Shown here: in pieces, positions 18,501 through 29,066 of the stretch | Layout: the number at the start of each line of letters is the position of its first letter | Numbering within the stretch: position 1 is the first letter of the stretch | Assembly (NCBI GenBank): GCA_028713055.1 | Contig: JAQTOX010000001.1 | Span: 3,988-67,987, forward strand | DNA: 64,000 bases | Direction of reading: 5' to 3' | Source of the DNA: Methylococcales bacterium | GTDB taxonomy: Bacteria; Pseudomonadota; Gammaproteobacteria; Methylococcales; Methylomonadaceae | Made by a program: the position numbers and the translations under genes | Notes under the pieces: model-generated | Database searches by the model: none | What the model was told of the DNA's origin: nothing | What the model saw: only the letters and a program-made list of their open reading frames with translations

Positions 18501-21500
18501 CTTATAAACAAGATGGTGGTGAATTAAGTGCATTAACTGACTTAGAACGCGCTCATACAAAAGCATTAACCGAACATGAACAAGCCGCGAAAAAACTCGC
18601 AGACAACGACCGTCAACTTACCGAAAGCACGGCATTTGGTAAATACAACGCAACGATTGATGAATTAACAGAAGCAAACAAAAGATTTATTGATACGCAG
18701 GGAAAGTCTGGAATTTCACAAGCGACTTATTCACAAGGCATAGAAAACGCTAACGAAACGTTGTTCAAAAACACGGATTACGTTCAGGAAAATATCAAAA
18801 TACTAGACCAGCAAGCAAAAGAATATGCCAAAGTTGTAGGTCACGTCCAAGACTACAACGCCATCATTGAAGAATCACAAGCAAATCTAGCGCGTAAAGC
18901 CATTTCACCACAACAACACAGTGTAAATGTCGCGCAAGCTAACGCCAGTTTGTTGAACCAAGTTACCGATAAACAAATTCCTGTTGCTAAAGTTGGTGAA
19001 GTCATTGACGCGCAAAGTGCATTAAAAGCGACCGAAGAAATGGCGAAATTCAAAGATGAAATGGATAAAGCCACCGTTGCTTTTGATTCGTTTGGCAACA
19101 GTGGCAAGATGGCATTCGATGGTATTTTAGGCGGAATTAGCGCGGTTGCCAGCGCGGCAACGTCATTTGCCGATGAAATGGCAAAACTCAATAATCACCA
19201 AGACGAAGCCGCTAAAAAATATGAAGCGGCGATGAATGTCGTTGGTGCAACAGAGCAACAAAAAGCCGATGCCACGAAACAATTCGCCAAAGAAAAAGAA
19301 GTCTACGATTCAAAAGCATTTGCCACTGAAATCAGCGGCGCACGCTCGTTGGCAGGTGCAGCATCAAAGATGTTCAGTGAAAAATCGGCAGCTCGCAAAG
19401 CCTTTCATAGCATCGAAATTGGTCTTGCGGTGGTTGAAATGGCAATGTCTGCGAAAAAGATGATTGTCGATGTTGCGGCGGGTGCTGCAAATATGTTTGC
19501 ACAGGGTGGGTTTGCGGGTTTTGCTGGTGTTGCAGCAATGGCGACCGTCATGGGTGGATTGGGTTTTGCAATGTCAGGCGGTTCAAAACCCGTTGTCGAT
19601 AACACTGCACCTGCCACAAAAGCTGAGGGGACTATTTTAGGTAGCCCAACTGAAACATCGAACAGCCTTGATAACATCATCAAAACTCTAAACAACATTC
19701 ACGATATTGAATACCCTGAACTGAAGGCTATCGGTGATTCGTTTCGCGGTGTTGACCGTTCAATGTATGAATTGCGTCAAAATATGGCTCGTTCAACCGC
19801 CAATTTTAGCAATATGCAAGGTATGGGAATCCCGACTGCACCGACGGGGCAAGGACAATCTAAAAATCCATTGGGTTCAGGTACTGCAATAGCTGGGAGT
19901 TTGATTGGTAGCGTTGCTTTAGGTGCAACTAATGCGGTAGCCGTAGCGGGTTTAGGTGCTGGTGTTGCCTTGGCAAGTGCGGGTGCGACTGCACTAGGAA
20001 CAGGCATGGTCACGGCAGCGGCCGGTGCAATTGGAACAGCAACCGCAGTTGGTGGTTCAGTTGGAATGGCCGCGGGTTCAGCGGCTGCAACAATGGTCGG
20101 TGGTGCAAGTTTAGGATTGGGTGCAGGTTTGGTGTTTGCAGCATTGCAATACGGTTTAGGAAAATTACTCGGTATTGGCAAAGTTAAATATCAACAAATT
20201 GGCGAAGGGATTGTTATCGGATCTGGTAAATTGATTCAGGACGGTATGACTACTGCGCTCGATGCTCAAACGTGGCGTAAAGATTTACAAACAATCAAAG
20301 GCTGGTTTAGCGATAAAAAAACCGTCATTGAAACTTATGGGCAATTAAGCGACGACATTTATAATTCATTGCAAGGCGTATCAAATAATCTAACGCTCGG
20401 CATGATAGGCATTGCGAAACAATTAAACATTTGGGATGCAATCGGCTACAAGCTGACCGACATTGAAAGCCGTCCAATGTTAAAAATGGATTTTTTCAAA
20501 GATGGTAAGCGCGTTGATGACACGGGTAAAGCGATGTCCGACCAAATCAATGCGTGGATGGATAGAATTGCAACAAATGTTTTCGGTATGTTATTTGAAC
20601 AATACCAAAAACTAGGCGAAGGCATGATGGAAACTGTAGTGCGCTTATCGACACAAGTTGCCGCCGTCAAAGGTGCTTATAAAAAAATGGGGCTTGATGT
20701 TGGCGAAACCAATTTAGGGATGGTGCATTTTGCCGACACGATGGTGCAATTCTATCAATCCAGTGCGAAAGCCGACGACGGACTTAAAAACTTTATGTCA
20801 GCGATGGATGCGGTTTATCAATACTCCACCACGAAAGGTCAAAAATCGCAGCTAAATGTGACGCAAGGAAAAGGGGCGTTAGCTTTTCTAGGACTAGGAA
20901 ATATAGACATATTCGATGTTGACGCAACCAAAAAAGCGATTGCCGATTTAGAAAAAATGTCTATAGATAATCTTAATAAACAAACTGCCGAAACAGAAAA
21001 GTTACGCTTGTTGCAACCAGCTGTTACAGATTTTAACAACCCAATGCCAGCAACAACAATGAATGATTTATTTAAAATAATCGGCGGAAATAGAGGCGAC
21101 TGGGAAGCCGTATGGGGTAAAGACCTAAATAAAGCAACAATGGAATCATCGGCGTGGAGCAGGGAGTATTTAGTTGGACTTGGCGAGAAATGGAAACCTG
21201 TTTTAAATTTTTTTGATGAAAAATCCGCTATAAAATCTACGGCCGCATCAAAAGGCGGTGACACTATAGCTCCCGATGTTTTAGCTGCTCAAATTGCCGC
21301 GAGTAACAAAATATTGGAAGGTCTGGCGACTGAAAGTGTCAATCTCGCCACCGCAACAGGATATTTTTCTAGCGTTGAAAAGGACGTTAATAAAATCATC
21401 GCATTGCAGGATATTTATTACAAAAATACGCTTTCACAAAATAATAATTTAGAGCGCGAAAGGGTTCGAATTTTAAAAGATGAATACGTGGGATTCACGG

Positions 21501-24500
21501 AATCGTTTGAAAAAAATCCGCTATTCAAAGATGTTATTGATGCGATGAAAAAGGCAGGTATTACCTCTGATTTCTCAGCAAAAAGTATTCAAAAATTTAT
21601 CTGGTCAATTGAAGACACCGCTAAATCTACCCTTGCGGCTTCTAAAGCAATGAAAGAAGCGAATGATTATGTAAAAGTATCGTTTTCACAATCGATTACC
21701 GATTGGGTGAACAATTTAAAATCAAAAGTGCTTGGATCAACCAAATCACAATTAGATTCGGCTAAATTGCAATTTGAAACAGCAAATTTACGCATTAACA
21801 ATGTAGCGTTGTCGGCAGAAGAAAAACGTATTGATTTATCGAAAATAACGGGACTCGCTGATACTTACATTGGTGCAATTAAGGCATTTTATGGCGCAAA
21901 TAAAGAAGGGGCTGACCTAACTGCACAGGTTGTAGCATCCGTTGAAAAATTACCCGAATCGCTTGATGTGGCTAATTTGCAGCTAAACGTATTGGATGCT
22001 ATCCGTACCAATACCGCGAATTTAAATGGATTTACACCCGCGATTCAATCCATTTTACAAAGCTATCAAGCGCAATATAAATCTGTTTCTGAAAACACAA
22101 ACTTATCTGTTGGCATTGCACAGGCGTTAAAAGATGCGCTGGATAGAACGGCACTTACCGCCATTGGTTCTGTGAATAAATCCCCTGAAATATCAGCACA
22201 AATTGCATCTACTGCGGGTTCTGCGATTGATGCTATTTCTAAGTTGGCAACCGCTACATTGCCAGACAATGCAAAAATAGCCAGTTTGAATGCACTAAAT
22301 AATGGCTTGATTTCGTGGGGAACGGCATTGGCGAATTATGAAGTTGCGCCTTTGATTGAAAAAGTCTCAGGAATGAAAGTGATTACTGAAAGTTTCACTT
22401 CTTTGATCAGCGCGGCGGTAACAAACATTGGTGATAAAAATTTCGGTTATGTCTTTACCTCGGTTATGGGTGCGTTCAATGATGCAGCAGCCGTTGCGCC
22501 AACTGATTTTAGCGCGCTGACTAATTTCATTACGGGTGCAAAATCGGCAATGGCGTTATGGGATGTCGGTGTTGCTCAAGGCGTTAGCAATAGTGGTGCA
22601 AGTGCAGCGGTTAATTATGCAGTCAACGTTAAGACTATTGCACTCGATTACACGCTTGATGAAACGACTAAAACTGCAATGCTGGTTTCTGTGAATAACA
22701 CGATGACTACCGCACTTTCCATTCTAAGCACATCGATTGATTTCAAGGGTGTAACGATTCCTGACAGTGTTAAAACTGCTGTAACCACGTCAGCTACGGA
22801 CGCATTATTGAAAGGTTTGGCGGCGTTAGTACCTGCTAATTTCGCAATAACAGGTGGTTTAACGCCTGAAACAAAAGCCAGTATTTTAGCTAGTGTCGAT
22901 ACAGCGATATTGGAAACATTAAGTGGATTTACACCAGCGCAATTAGGTACAACAGGTGATTTAGTAAGCACGACAACGGCTAAAATACTAGCTGTTACGG
23001 ATAAAAGTATCTATGCAACGCTTGATAATTTGAAAGCAACCGATTTAGGCACAACGGGTAAATTCACAACGGATACGCTTTCTAAAATAAAAGAAACCGC
23101 TGAATCGAATGTTAAAGCCAGTTTAGATGCACTGGGTACGCACACATTTAAAGCGTCCGATTTCAAACCAAAACAGGGTGATATTAAGCAAACTTCTATT
23201 TTTGATGATATTTTGATTTCTGCCATTGCGTCTCAGCATGCAGTTATCTCTAAAATAGGTGAGTTTGCGCCCACGCTAAAAGACGTAAAGCCTATTATCG
23301 ATGACATGTTGAACACGGGTGCAAAAGGAATGTACTCAAGTGTCGCAACATTATTGGGCAATTCAGCAACTAATGGCATAGATATAAAAGACTTGTCAAA
23401 AACTGTTACAGAATTGAATAAAGGTACGCTCGGATTTTATAAAACTGCTAGTGGCATAGTCGCATCGACTGATTTAACTGGCGGAGTTATGGCTAATTCC
23501 ATTGGTTACGTTAAAAACGGCTTGGATTGGTATTTTTATAATGCAGGCACTGTGTTATCTAGTGAAAAATTAACTGCTGAAACATTAAAAACGGGTATCG
23601 GTTCGCTTACGGCGGGTGCAAATGTATTTTTGCAATCGGTTGATGACGTGATAGGCACATTCGTTAAATTAGAAGAAACGGCGGATTTGAACGCAAAAGC
23701 AAATGCGTTAATTGCTGATGCTAATAACTTAGGTATCGGCACGTTTACACTAACTGACTTCAAAACGTTGGCAACAAACGCCAATGATTTAATCACAAAA
23801 GCTAAAGGCGATGGTATTGCACTCGACAGCTTAATGGTCGTTGAATCTATAGCCGCAAACGCAAACGCGCTGTTTCAAAAAGCTAAAGATAACGGTATTG
23901 CCAGCAACACATTTGTAGTTACAACATCATTGAGTACGGATGTTAATGGATTGATAACAAGCGGAAAAGGAAATATCGGAATCTATGCGTCACCTCTCGC
24001 AGAAGGTGTAACACTTGGAACTTTAGGGGGTGGCGTAGTTGGAACAGTTGGCACAGCATTTACATCGGCAAATGCTGACATTATTGCAAAAGATTACAAG
24101 TCATCGCTTACAACAGCAACGGATACGTTTTTTGCAGCTATCATGGCAGGGACTAAAGTCGATGTGGCAGGTTCTGCACTTAACGCAAGTAATAAAGCGG
24201 CTGGTGATGCAGCTATTGCCGATATGCCAAAAGCAGAATTAAAAGATTACAACGCAAACGCACAATGGCAAAAAATTTCAGATAGTCAATTTTCAATGAA
24301 CGCTGCATTTGCAAAAGGTGGACTTGATTTAAGTAAATTTATTCATACTGCAGAAGGCGTAACTGCATCGGCAAAAATCAATTCTGGTGCAAACCAAGTC
24401 ATGCTAAATTTAACGGGTAATGCAGCTAAATTCAGCGATACAACATCATCTATACCATCCGATGCTTTTAAGCTTCGCTTCTCTCCAGAAAACCAGTCTA

Positions 24501-24865
24501 TTCATTTCGCCACAGGCGGTGCATTCACCAATGGCATTGTTGACCGCCCAACCTCATTTAATATGGGTTTGATGGGTGAAGCAGGTAGTGAGGGTATTTT
24601 ACCGCTTAAAAATATCAATGGCTCACTCGGTGTGAATGCAATCTTACCCAAACAAGCCGCCAACGATTCAAATAAAGAAACCGCTGACGAAATCAAACAG
24701 CTACGCACCGAATTAAAAGCCGCTTTGGCTGAACTCAATAAATTCGTGAAAGCGGGTAATGAAATCGCTCAAGATGGCTTTACCCAGACCGTCAAAGAAA
24801 CGAAAAAAACCACGAAAGCTGTGAATGACGCTACTAATACCGGCTTGAAACAGGGGTTGAACTAA
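15524..24865 (+). CDS. Tail tape measure protein (3113 aa) with an embedded lytic transglycosylase (SLT) domain
   Basis: Uninterrupted 9.3-kb ORF after the chaperone pair, with a helical Ala/Lys/Glu/Gln-rich composition. It has Gly/Ala-rich hydrophobic segments (for example GGFAGFAGVAAMATVMGGLGFAMSGG). The SLT motif TESSWNPNAISPVGARGLLQVMP has its catalytic Glu codon at 18203-18205. Confidence 0.9.
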   Translation: MAQQNATLVINANTQDAENGLRRVGVGMQENRRGALELSSAFNSMNLAIAGSSGALGALRNLLGTLGLGVGIHQLAEYMDSWANLNARLKLVTNSFQEFQASQKGVFDIAQSTRQGLKETADLYYKVADATKAMGKSQQDVLQHVKAVNQAMIISGSSPESAKAAITQYIQSIQGVMQGDEARSLREQAPRLFRAIRENIEVETGKFGASQMKFKQLLSDGFVDTNKLFGAMERAAPQLEKEFSKLPLTIGQAWQLLENQMLKFVGSQSESTGMFTAIANGVKLLSENIDNLVNVLGIAVASWAAYKAMVFLNIEGMIAAGKENEIRLAGIAAETAAIETNTAANLANAQSNMAKSSLHGASYLSSNKGDIPSINATAVKTANDLATATNGVAFANARLVSSEDARILASQNLAVATSERVILERSMAVAQSMNIIAQNRLNEVVAIASGLNTQDSRALFIHTNAIENARIAQVQLTSLKANYAVAVERETALHLIETNAVRAEIAAKNNLTATNAILTESKVTNTAAISAKKGAMTARMALMDVQNKAAIELAAATTAHTLATQANTVAQAEAAFAASYTGKAFGFLKSIVIGVKDEVLILTAAMMRNPFVAAAVAITAAATASYAYRDSLIKVGEQDVTLWSSIKANWNAFTGIFEWATTPISNFFDDFKKAIEGVMVVARFLKELFVALIPDSVVSKIDWVSNKVSALMPDWKKIGNDAKAMDKADKQAAEYAKFQDKNEAGFYSTPLTDKVSAGEEMMRGLNTVKAHQDKIKKLNDDAIIDLKKQTDFIADLTKKSNAELDAIKKQDFESQIAQANKESAKYLEIKEVNIKKENEAIAQLNKKDSGNTVLEKEIAAKRANMKEYQSLMIEELAMKHGVPANLVKATATTESSWNPNAISPVGARGLLQVMPANFKHLGIAPEDVQNEKVMTDKSITFLKEIWIAAGKDIDKFWVLWNQGHLNKDKETGAFSMSLQAEETQKGLPKLKEAYKQDGGELSALTDLERAHTKALTEHEQAAKKLADNDRQLTESTAFGKYNATIDELTEANKRFIDTQGKSGISQATYSQGIENANETLFKNTDYVQENIKILDQQAKEYAKVVGHVQDYNAIIEESQANLARKAISPQQHSVNVAQANASLLNQVTDKQIPVAKVGEVIDAQSALKATEEMAKFKDEMDKATVAFDSFGNSGKMAFDGILGGISAVASAATSFADEMAKLNNHQDEAAKKYEAAMNVVGATEQQKADATKQFAKEKEVYDSKAFATEISGARSLAGAASKMFSEKSAARKAFHSIEIGLAVVEMAMSAKKMIVDVAAGAANMFAQGGFAGFAGVAAMATVMGGLGFAMSGGSKPVVDNTAPATKAEGTILGSPTETSNSLDNIIKTLNNIHDIEYPELKAIGDSFRGVDRSMYELRQNMARSTANFSNMQGMGIPTAPTGQGQSKNPLGSGTAIAGSLIGSVALGATNAVAVAGLGAGVALASAGATALGTGMVTAAAGAIGTATAVGGSVGMAAGSAAATMVGGASLGLGAGLVFAALQYGLGKLLGIGKVKYQQIGEGIVIGSGKLIQDGMTTALDAQTWRKDLQTIKGWFSDKKTVIETYGQLSDDIYNSLQGVSNNLTLGMIGIAKQLNIWDAIGYKLTDIESRPMLKMDFFKDGKRVDDTGKAMSDQINAWMDRIATNVFGMLFEQYQKLGEGMMETVVRLSTQVAAVKGAYKKMGLDVGETNLGMVHFADTMVQFYQSSAKADDGLKNFMSAMDAVYQYSTTKGQKSQLNVTQGKGALAFLGLGNIDIFDVDATKKAIADLEKMSIDNLNKQTAETEKLRLLQPAVTDFNNPMPATTMNDLFKIIGGNRGDWEAVWGKDLNKATMESSAWSREYLVGLGEKWKPVLNFFDEKSAIKSTAASKGGDTIAPDVLAAQIAASNKILEGLATESVNLATATGYFSSVEKDVNKIIALQDIYYKNTLSQNNNLERERVRILKDEYVGFTESFEKNPLFKDVIDAMKKAGITSDFSAKSIQKFIWSIEDTAKSTLAASKAMKEANDYVKVSFSQSITDWVNNLKSKVLGSTKSQLDSAKLQFETANLRINNVALSAEEKRIDLSKITGLADTYIGAIKAFYGANKEGADLTAQVVASVEKLPESLDVANLQLNVLDAIRTNTANLNGFTPAIQSILQSYQAQYKSVSENTNLSVGIAQALKDALDRTALTAIGSVNKSPEISAQIASTAGSAIDAISKLATATLPDNAKIASLNALNNGLISWGTALANYEVAPLIEKVSGMKVITESFTSLISAAVTNIGDKNFGYVFTSVMGAFNDAAAVAPTDFSALTNFITGAKSAMALWDVGVAQGVSNSGASAAVNYAVNVKTIALDYTLDETTKTAMLVSVNNTMTTALSILSTSIDFKGVTIPDSVKTAVTTSATDALLKGLAALVPANFAITGGLTPETKASILASVDTAILETLSGFTPAQLGTTGDLVSTTTAKILAVTDKSIYATLDNLKATDLGTTGKFTTDTLSKIKETAESNVKASLDALGTHTFKASDFKPKQGDIKQTSIFDDILISAIASQHAVISKIGEFAPTLKDVKPIIDDMLNTGAKGMYSSVATLLGNSATNGIDIKDLSKTVTELNKGTLGFYKTASGIVASTDLTGGVMANSIGYVKNGLDWYFYNAGTVLSSEKLTAETLKTGIGSLTAGANVFLQSVDDVIGTFVKLEETADLNAKANALIADANNLGIGTFTLTDFKTLATNANDLITKAKGDGIALDSLMVVESIAANANALFQKAKDNGIASNTFVVTTSLSTDVNGLITSGKGNIGIYASPLAEGVTLGTLGGGVVGTVGTAFTSANADIIAKDYKSSLTTATDTFFAAIMAGTKVDVAGSALNASNKAAGDAAIADMPKAELKDYNANAQWQKISDSQFSMNAAFAKGGLDLSKFIHTAEGVTASAKINSGANQVMLNLTGNAAKFSDTTSSIPSDAFKLRFSPENQSIHFATGGAFTNGIVDRPTSFNMGLMGEAGSEGILPLKNINGSLGVNAILPKQAANDSNKETADEIKQLRTELKAALAELNKFVKAGNEIAQDGFTQTVKETKKTTKAVNDATNTGLKQGLN

Positions 24866-26700
24866 TGGAATCGATTAGACAAATTCAAGGCGATTGGATT
24901 GCAACGATTTCAGCGTTAGATGCGTCAAATAATCCTGTGACGTTATATTTCAGCGACAAAGGTTATCGTGACGACTCAGGACGTTATTTTGAAAGCCGCA
25001 TGAAACAACCCGCTGTGATTAACATATCGGGCAATGATGGCGGATTACTGAAAGTGATGGGTAGTTCATCAACGGGCGAAATTATTTTAAATAACATCGA
25101 TGGACGTTTTAATTATCTCGCAGATTACGCACTTGACGGTCGGGATTGCATCCTGCAACTCATTTCGCCACAAGGTGTAGTGACAACATGGTTTCGCGGC
25201 ATGGTCACACGAAATTATGAGCGCGGTAATGAAGTCAGTTTAACGCTCAAGTCGTTATCCGAATCACTTGATACGCCACTTGCATTGTCGCGCTATTTAG
25301 GCACGGGCGGTGTTGAAGGCACAGCGAGTATTGCGGGAAATGTAAAGCCGCGGGTTTACGGTTCACCATTAAATTGCACGCCTATTTTATGTCTTGATAC
25401 GTCACTTGTTTATCAAGTCAGCGATTCTGCTACGACCACGATTACAGGCGTTTTTGATAAAGGTTCAGCATTGACGCTTGGGGTTGTACGTGCAAGTTTA
25501 GCGTTATTACTTTCAACTACACCAGCCGCTGGAACATTCGATACTTATCAAGGTTACTTTCGCTTAGGTTCAGTAGGCGCACAGCAAATTACCTGTGATG
25601 CAACCGATACGCTGATTTTAGCGGGTGATGTTTTTAATCAAATTTGTACTACGATTCAATTTTCAAGCGGTCAAAGAATCATCGGAGAACAACCCGTTAT
25701 CGTCAATAGCGTAACACATGAATATCAAATCTCAGTCCGCGCGGGTTGTGTGATTGATGACGTTTTTAATAACGGTACGCGGTTTACGTGGGACGGTGTG
25801 AGTTACGGCACGATTACAGATTTACGTAACGCTACAATTACAGCGGGTTTTTACGGCAAATTTCAAGGCAGTTTTATTGTCAAACCGTTGATTGATTCAC
25901 AATATCCATTCGGTGAAATCGCGCTCGGTACGATTACTTGCAATGCAACCGATACGACGATTACTTACGCCGATACGAAAACCATTACTGTTAATCCCAC
26001 CGCGATAACAATCTTAAATTCCGTCGGACAAATTGGGTTATTTATTTCAAGCGATACCACGGTTCGTGACGTGTTAGATAAAATCGTCAAAAGTTGCGGA
26101 GGCTATTATTGGCTTGGTGATCGTGCTGACGTTTCGACTTCTTACAACACCAATTTAGTGAATGCAGCACTGTATCAAGAACCGTCTGCCACGGCAGATT
26201 TAACGCTTTATGCGTATCGAATCGAAGGATCAACGATTACCAGAACTGCGACAGGAGCGGGTGAAAATGGCTTGCCACTTTATTCAATCGTAGCGAATTA
26301 CGGTAAAAATGAAACGGTTCAAACGGACGTATTAGGCACAACCACAGCTGCTAGAAAATCATTAGTTGCTGTTGCGTCAAAGATTCAAGAATCGGCGGAT
26401 TTAGCAGTTAAAAACATTCACCCCCAAGCGTTGCGCTTGTCATTTGAGAGCTTGCTCGTTTCACAAGTCAATACTCAAACCGTCACCGATAGATTACTGA
26501 CACTGTTTAAAAAACGATTCGATGTTGTGACGCTGACTTATTTTTTCGATGAGTTGCCACGGTTGACTATTGGTATGACGGTGAAATTACTTTACCCACG
26601 TTTAGGTTATGCCGCTGGAGTGAATATGGTAGTTGCGGGTTATAAGGTCAACGTGCAACTGAAATCAGTCGAATTTAATTTAATCGGGCATAAATTATGA
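24865..26700 (+). CDS. Distal tail/tail-tip structural protein (611 aa, positional call)
   Basis: Its start overlaps the TMP stop (TAATG). It is the first gene after the tape measure. Confidence 0.5.
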   Translation: MESIRQIQGDWIATISALDASNNPVTLYFSDKGYRDDSGRYFESRMKQPAVINISGNDGGLLKVMGSSSTGEIILNNIDGRFNYLADYALDGRDCILQLISPQGVVTTWFRGMVTRNYERGNEVSLTLKSLSESLDTPLALSRYLGTGGVEGTASIAGNVKPRVYGSPLNCTPILCLDTSLVYQVSDSATTTITGVFDKGSALTLGVVRASLALLLSTTPAAGTFDTYQGYFRLGSVGAQQITCDATDTLILAGDVFNQICTTIQFSSGQRIIGEQPVIVNSVTHEYQISVRAGCVIDDVFNNGTRFTWDGVSYGTITDLRNATITAGFYGKFQGSFIVKPLIDSQYPFGEIALGTITCNATDTTITYADTKTITVNPTAITILNSVGQIGLFISSDTTVRDVLDKIVKSCGGYYWLGDRADVSTSYNTNLVNAALYQEPSATADLTLYAYRIEGSTITRTATGAGENGLPLYSIVANYGKNETVQTDVLGTTTAARKSLVAVASKIQESADLAVKNIHPQALRLSFESLLVSQVNTQTVTDRLLTLFKKRFDVVTLTYFFDELPRLTIGMTVKLLYPRLGYAAGVNMVVAGYKVNVQLKSVEFNLIGHKL

Positions 26701-27974
26701 CGGTTAAAAACAATATAACTTTCGTTTATCCGAATCGAACTCGTGAAATTCGACGTAATAATTCAGGAACTATCACAGGTTTGCACAAGTGTAACTTTAC
26801 TGAAAACGTTAATTTACCACTGTCGAACATTCTCACGGATGTCATACCAGAGAAAGCACGAATGGATTTTGCCAGTCCATCACTCAAAAAATGCTCGTTT
26901 GCAATTTCATTACCGAATATCCCTTATCGTGAAATTGGCTGCGTTGCTGTTGCATCTCACAACCTTTCAATCGTTGGTAAATTGCGGATTAGTATTTTTA
27001 ACGAGCCACCCATTGGTTATGCGGTAACGTCTGCGGTTGCAGCAGGTGGTAATATCGCGACCTTTACGTTTGTCGCGGGTGACAAACCCACCTCGTTAGC
27101 TAACGGCACAAAATTAAAATTATTCGCGTGCAGTTCTGACCAAAACGACCGTCACACTGAAACAATTATTTATGCCACCGTCACAGGCTATAACACAGGA
27201 ACTGGTGTAGCGACTTGTACAACAACAGGCGGTTCTCTCCCCACTAATTTAGACACAGTTTCATACGCCAATTGGTTTGTCGGGTATGCCAGTGGCAACG
27301 TGGGTAAAAATGAATCATTACTGCTTAATATCCCTGCGTGGGTGCAAGCGTGGCAACGGATTCATTTACCTGAATCACCCGATTTAACATGGTTTTCGCG
27401 TGAATTCATGACGGGAACGGTTGAAGAGGCGCAACGTTTGGATTACACCGCGTTATCACTCAATTTCATGACGCGAAAAGAAGGCGATGGTTTAGCACCC
27501 GTTGGTACACACGTTAGGATTGATTTAGATGATTCACAAACCACGCAAACTTACAGCGATGGCACGACTAATCCGTCTTATCAGCCTTTTATTGAAGTTG
27601 GTTACGTGATGTTTGGGCAAACGTTCACGGCTGAAAATAATCCCGAATACGGGGCAATCAAACACGGCATCGAAGACCCGTCAGATTATCAAGAGTCTGA
27701 TGGCGGTCAAGAATACTGGCACGAAAAACAAAAACGCCGCACGGTATCCGTGAGTTTTAACCTGCTTGATAAAACCGAAGCCATAGGCAAGGTTCATGAA
27801 ATGCAACGCTTGCAAGGCAAATCAAGACCCGTTATTTACAGTTTTACCAACCGCGATTTTGATGAATTTCATTACGCGCAAAGTTTTATCGGGCGCAATG
27901 TGACGCTAGACCCTATCGGACAACCGGATTACGGAAAATATGACGCAAATATCAATTTAAAGGAGATGATTTAA
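26697..27974 (+). CDS. Tail-tip/baseplate structural protein (425 aa, positional call)
   Basis: 4-nt overlap with the previous gene. No recognisable motif. Confidence 0.45.
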   Translation: MTVKNNITFVYPNRTREIRRNNSGTITGLHKCNFTENVNLPLSNILTDVIPEKARMDFASPSLKKCSFAISLPNIPYREIGCVAVASHNLSIVGKLRISIFNEPPIGYAVTSAVAAGGNIATFTFVAGDKPTSLANGTKLKLFACSSDQNDRHTETIIYATVTGYNTGTGVATCTTTGGSLPTNLDTVSYANWFVGYASGNVGKNESLLLNIPAWVQAWQRIHLPESPDLTWFSREFMTGTVEEAQRLDYTALSLNFMTRKEGDGLAPVGTHVRIDLDDSQTTQTYSDGTTNPSYQPFIEVGYVMFGQTFTAENNPEYGAIKHGIEDPSDYQESDGGQEYWHEKQKRRTVSVSFNLLDKTEAIGKVHEMQRLQGKSRPVIYSFTNRDFDEFHYAQSFIGRNVTLDPIGQPDYGKYDANINLKEMI

Positions 27975-28732
27975 TGGCAGTTCCAACCGTTACCGTACCG
28001 TCTACGATGTCGTATGACGGCGTACAACATATTTACTCTGGTGACGCTGACCCCGTAACAGGAATGCTCGGCGGGATGCACACTGTTAATTTAATCCCGT
28101 CATTTATGGATATGGTGAGCGTGGCGAGTTATGTTGTCACTTTTGGCAATAACGCAAGCGCAGCAGCGGCGGGGGCTTTAGATGCAAAAAATGCCGCTTT
28201 AGGTTCACAGAATGCAGCAGCAAATAGTGCAGCTGCTGCTAGTGGAAGTGCGTCAAGTGCGGCAACAACAGCAAATAATTTTATTGCGAGTGCTTCAAAT
28301 GTCGTCAATGCAGTGATTTCAGCAGGGACTACATCAGTTAACTCGATTATTTCATCTGGAATTCAAACTGTTAATTCAGCCGTTCAAACAGCAACAAATT
28401 CTATTGCACTGACTGCGAGCAATGCAACAAATTCCATTGCCAATGCAACCGCTGTCGCACTAACTTCAACCAGTACAACATCAAACACCATCGTACTCGG
28501 AAGTCTTACTTTTCAAACGCAATCAGGTAAAAATTTTGTCATCGGTCAAACTGTAAAAATTAGTTACGATGCCAATAATTATGTGGTGGGAACGGTTAAC
28601 GGATATGTAGGTACGGCTTTAAATATCGCTGTGAGTGAAATTAAAGGCAGTGGAACTTACGCAATCTGGTCAATCATCCTGAGCCAGCAAAATTCGGGAA
28701 TGAACTTGGGGCTTATGATTGCATTATCTTGA
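27974..28732 (+). CDS. Tail fibre-like protein with an Ala/Ser/Asn-rich repeat shaft
   Basis: AAAAGALDAKNAALGSQNAAANSAAAASGSASSAATTANNF...NSAVQTATNSIALTASNATNSIANA is a periodic low-complexity shaft typical of phage fibres. Confidence 0.55.
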   Translation: MAVPTVTVPSTMSYDGVQHIYSGDADPVTGMLGGMHTVNLIPSFMDMVSVASYVVTFGNNASAAAAGALDAKNAALGSQNAAANSAAAASGSASSAATTANNFIASASNVVNAVISAGTTSVNSIISSGIQTVNSAVQTATNSIALTASNATNSIANATAVALTSTSTTSNTIVLGSLTFQTQSGKNFVIGQTVKISYDANNYVVGTVNGYVGTALNIAVSEIKGSGTYAIWSIILSQQNSGMNLGLMIALS

Positions 28733-28748
28733 AAAATAGGAGTAAAAA

Positions 28749-29066
28749 ATGGCACAAACATTCAATAGTACAGTGGCTGTAGACATTGGCATTGCAGACA
28801 AAATACTGTTCACGGCAACATCAAAAACGATGTTAATTGGCTGTAATTTTTCTAACAAAACAGTCTATGAGTTGCCGATTACGGTGTGGATTGTACGCAG
28901 TACAACTATCATCAATCTTGTCAATGGCTATCGAATTGGCGGGAATCAAAACGACGACATTATCAAAGGCAAAGTCGTATTATTGAACGGCGATATTTTA
29001 AAAGCAAACTGCCCGCTTGATGCTTCTTTTGATGCCCTGATTTCAACTTTAGAAGGATTAGACTGA
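28749..29066 (+). CDS. Hypothetical tail-region protein (105 aa)
   Basis: ORF with an upstream aggag RBS. No recognisable motif. Confidence 0.5.
   Translation: MAQTFNSTVAVDIGIADKILFTATSKTMLIGCNFSNKTVYELPITVWIVRSTTIINLVNGYRIGGNQNDDIIKGKVVLLNGDILKANCPLDASFDALISTLEGLD

Noticed and set aside
16042-24738. About twenty 60-140-aa antisense or alternative-frame ORFs inside the tape measure gene, for example 16042..16269, 18853..19191, 19777..20181, 20839..21264 and 22648..22971.
   Set aside because: All are nested in the 9.3-kb TMP ORF. The Ala/Gly/Thr/Lys-rich codon usage of the TMP leaves the other frames stop-poor. The products are low-complexity, and I see no RBS or independent signal.
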